From: Candidatus Omnitrophota bacterium | GTDB lineage: Bacteria; Omnitrophota; Gorgyraeia; Zapsychrales; Zapsychraceae | Assembly (NCBI GenBank): GCA_029261065.1 | Contig: JAJDCB010000019.1 | Location: 11,659 to 75,658, forward strand | Reading direction: 5' to 3' | Length of the DNA stretch: 64,000 bases | Shown: positions 61,349 to 64,000 of the stretch, piece after piece | Numbering within the stretch: the stretch's first letter is position 1 | Layout of the letters: every line of letters starts with the position of its first letter | Program-made: the position numbers and the translations under genes | The notes under the pieces: generated by a model | The model's database searches: none | Seen by the model: the letters and a program-made list of their open reading frames with translations, nothing else | What the model was told of the DNA's origin: nothing

Positions 61349-64000
61349 TTAGGACTTTTTCTTTTCTTTTAATTTGTCTATGGGTTTCCCATTCTGACCA
61401 GGCTGCTCACCAGCCTTAATCATCTGGATATCTAAACAAAGGCCTTGTAACTCTTTGACTAGAACGTTAAATGATTCTGGCGTTCCAGGCGATAATCTTT
61501 GTTGGCCTTTGACGATTGCTTCGTACATACGAGATCGACCTTGAACATCATCACTTTTTACAGTTAACATTTCTTGTAAAGTATATGCCGCACCATAGGC
61601 TTCTAAAGCCCAAACTTCCATTTCCCCAAAACGCTGACCACCAAAATGAGCTTTTCCACCGAGCGGTTGTTGCGTAACTAAAGAGTAAGGTCCAATGGAA
61701 CGCGCATGAATCTTCTCATCAACTAAATGATTAAGCTTAAGCATATAAATGTAACCAATGGTCACCTTTTGATCAAAAGGTAGCCCCGTATATCCATCAA
61801 AAACAGTAGCCTTTCCATCTTCAGGCAGTCCAGCTTCTTTTAAACTTTTCCAGATCTCTTCTTCAGAAGCACCATTAAAAACAGGAGTTTCTGAGGTAAA
61901 CCCAAGCGTTTTAGCCGCCCACCCCAAATGCGTTTCTAAAAGCTGCCCAACATTCATTCGAGAAGGAACACCTAAAGGATTTAAAACAATATCCACTGGA
62001 GTCCCATCTTCTAAATAAGGCATATCCGACTCTGGTAAAATCCTTGAAACGATTCCTTTGTTACCGTGGCGTCCGGCCATCTTATCACCTTCAGAAAGTT
62101 TACGTTTTGTCGCAACATAAACAACAACTCTCTTAAGAACACCTGCTGGAAGCTCATCTCCACGTTTTACGCGCTCTACTTCATGAGCCTCTTCTTCTGT
62201 TAATTCGGCAATTCGATCATTAAAGGAACGAATAACTTCACTTTCTTCAGAGTCTTCTTCAAAGTCATCCATTTTCAATAGATCAATCTTTTTCTCATCA
62301 ATTTTTAGAAGCTTTGTAAGCTTTTTCTTCTTATCTTCTTCCGCTAAATGTATTTCTTGCTTGTAGTAGGCTTTAATTTTTTCAATAGCTTCCGTTTCTT
62401 TGGCTTTATCAACTTTTGTTTTACGTCCACGTTCATTACGTTGGAATAATTCGATATTAACAACAACACCTTCAATACCTGGTGAAAGTGTTAATGACGT
62501 ATTACGTATATCGGCTGCCTTCTCACCAAAAATAGCACGTAACAGTCTTTCTTCAGGCGACAATTCTTTTTCACTTTTTGGTGTTACTTTACCTACAAGA
62601 ATGTCACCTGATTTAACTTCAGCACCGACGCGAATAATTCCATTTTCATCTAAATTAATTAATGTTTCTTCGCTTTCATTAGGGATGTCACGCGTTAACT
62701 CTTCATTTCCTAATCGTGTTTCACGGCATTCAACCTCAAATTTTTCAACATGAATGGACGTAAATACATCTTCACGCACAATCTTTTCATTTATAAGGAT
62801 GGCATCCTCAAAGTTATATCCACGCCATGGCATAAAAGCAACCAACACGTTTCGCCCTAAAGCTAGACGTCCATCTTTAGTTGCAATACCATCTGCAATG
62901 ATTTGTCCTGCCCTAACTTTATCCCCTAAACGAACCAATGGTGTTTGATGAATACAAGTGTTTGCATTTGTACGTTGATAATTTTTTAGTGGATAAACGG
63001 TTTTCCCAACGACAATTTCTCGAGCATCGACAGCCGTTACTTTTCCATCATTTGCTGAAATAACAACAACACCCGAATCTCTTGCTACCTTTTCTTCCAT
63101 CCCCGTACCTACACAAGGCACCTCTGTAATCATCAATGGAACAGCTTGACGCTGCATGTTTGATCCCATTAAAGCACGATTCGCATCATCATGCTCCAAA
63201 AATGGAATTAAAGAAGCCGCTACAGAAACAATCTGCAAGGGAGAAACATCCATGTACGTTACATCTTTTGCTTTCATTTTTGGAAAATCGGTTTTATATC
63301 GACAAACAATGACGTTTTCTGCAAAATCTCCATCTTCCTTCACAATTGTATTTGCCTGTGCAACAGGTTCAACTTGATCACGATCAGCGGTAAGAAATTC
63401 AATCTTTTTCGTCACATTCCCATCTTTAACTTTTCTATAAGGCGTTTCAATAAAACCTAACTCATTAACACGCGCACAATTTGTAAGAGAGGCAATCAAT
63501 CCAATATTAGGCCCTTCAGGAGTTTCAATAGAACAAACCCGGCCATAATGTGTTGGATGAACGTCACGAACCTCAAACCCAGCACGCTCTCGCGAAAGTC
63601 CACCTGGACCAAGAGCACTTAATCTTCTTTTATGTGTCATCTCTGAAAGCGGATTAACCTGATCCATAAACTGAGATAACTGACTGCGACCGAAAAAATC
63701 TTGTATTTGATTTGAAAAAAGGCGGGAATTAATAAGATGATGCGCGGTAAGATGTTCAAAATTATTCATGACAACCAAACGTTCTTTAATCGAGCGCTCT
63801 AGTCGTGCTAAACCAATTCTAACTTGATTCTGCACCAACTCACCAACAGTCTTAATACGACGATTACCCAAATGGTCAATATCATCCGTCTCACCAACAC
63901 CTTCTCTTAAACTAAAAAGATAACGAACAACCTCAACAACCGTACCAATGTCTAAAACACGATTATCAAGACCAACGCCCATCTTTAACTTTCTATTTAT
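61349..64000 (-). CDS. rpoB: DNA-directed RNA polymerase beta subunit (C-terminal ~880 aa; N-terminus lies beyond the window end)
   Basis: The ORF is open to the window edge; conserved C-terminal beta-subunit regions are present. Confidence 0.98.
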   Translation of the reverse strand: MNRKLKMGVGLDNRVLDIGTVVEVVRYLFSLREGVGETDDIDHLGNRRIKTVGELVQNQVRIGLARLERSIKERLVVMNNFEHLTAHHLINSRLFSNQIQDFFGRSQLSQFMDQVNPLSEMTHKRRLSALGPGGLSRERAGFEVRDVHPTHYGRVCSIETPEGPNIGLIASLTNCARVNELGFIETPYRKVKDGNVTKKIEFLTADRDQVEPVAQANTIVKEDGDFAENVIVCRYKTDFPKMKAKDVTYMDVSPLQIVSVAASLIPFLEHDDANRALMGSNMQRQAVPLMITEVPCVGTGMEEKVARDSGVVVISANDGKVTAVDAREIVVGKTVYPLKNYQRTNANTCIHQTPLVRLGDKVRAGQIIADGIATKDGRLALGRNVLVAFMPWRGYNFEDAILINEKIVREDVFTSIHVEKFEVECRETRLGNEELTRDIPNESEETLINLDENGIIRVGAEVKSGDILVGKVTPKSEKELSPEERLLRAIFGEKAADIRNTSLTLSPGIEGVVVNIELFQRNERGRKTKVDKAKETEAIEKIKAYYKQEIHLAEEDKKKKLTKLLKIDEKKIDLLKMDDFEEDSEESEVIRSFNDRIAELTEEEAHEVERVKRGDELPAGVLKRVVVYVATKRKLSEGDKMAGRHGNKGIVSRILPESDMPYLEDGTPVDIVLNPLGVPSRMNVGQLLETHLGWAAKTLGFTSETPVFNGASEEEIWKSLKEAGLPEDGKATVFDGYTGLPFDQKVTIGYIYMLKLNHLVDEKIHARSIGPYSLVTQQPLGGKAHFGGQRFGEMEVWALEAYGAAYTLQEMLTVKSDDVQGRSRMYEAIVKGQQRLSPGTPESFNVLVKELQGLCLDIQMIKAGEQPGQNGKPIDKLKEKKKS

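Overview
AT-rich (roughly high-30s % GC by eye), very gene-dense bacterial chromosomal segment. Almost every gene reads on the minus strand; the single plus-strand exception is an ExeA/GspB-like pair. The right-hand 27 kb is the classical rpoB-rpoC-rpsL-rpsG-fusA-tuf / S10-spc-alpha ribosomal superoperon (rpoB runs off the window end). It is followed by pilT, NAD-type IDH, lipB and an LPS/envelope glycosyltransferase block (GT28, LpxL-family, GT2, TonB). Next come aroQ, pepP, efp, accBC, a PPi-type pfk, heptose genes (gmhA, rfaE2), thiE, and an NlpD-like peptidase. Co-directional with these is a run of nucleotide-handling genes: a large Arch_ATPase/DUF234-type ATPase, YfcE-like phosphoesterase, HIT, dGTPase-like HD and HD-GYP. 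The left end holds aroB, a divergent exeA/gspB-like pair, two PilZ genes, RluA, MazG-like, uvrB, coaX, groESL with a textbook CIRCE operator, and gmd/fcl (GDP-fucose) next to a truncated SAM methyltransferase. Gene content (LpxL, heptose pathway, TonB, secretin-assembly ATPase, PilT) indicates a diderm LPS-containing organism with type IV pilus / c-di-GMP signalling. Ribosomal-protein extensions (S5, L17, L3) suggest a non-model, probably uncultivated lineage; I cannot assign taxonomy from sequence alone. I found no rRNA, tRNA, CRISPR array, transposase or integrase. Three real genes below the 60-aa ORF-track cutoff were recovered by hand: rpmJ, a Trm112-like protein, and a 56-aa basic miniprotein. 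The most unusual non-coding object is a 219-bp element between groEL and gmd, bounded by a perfect 18-bp inverted repeat with a GC-rich core. Caveat: all product calls come from motif recognition by eye, and none has been confirmed by a database search.
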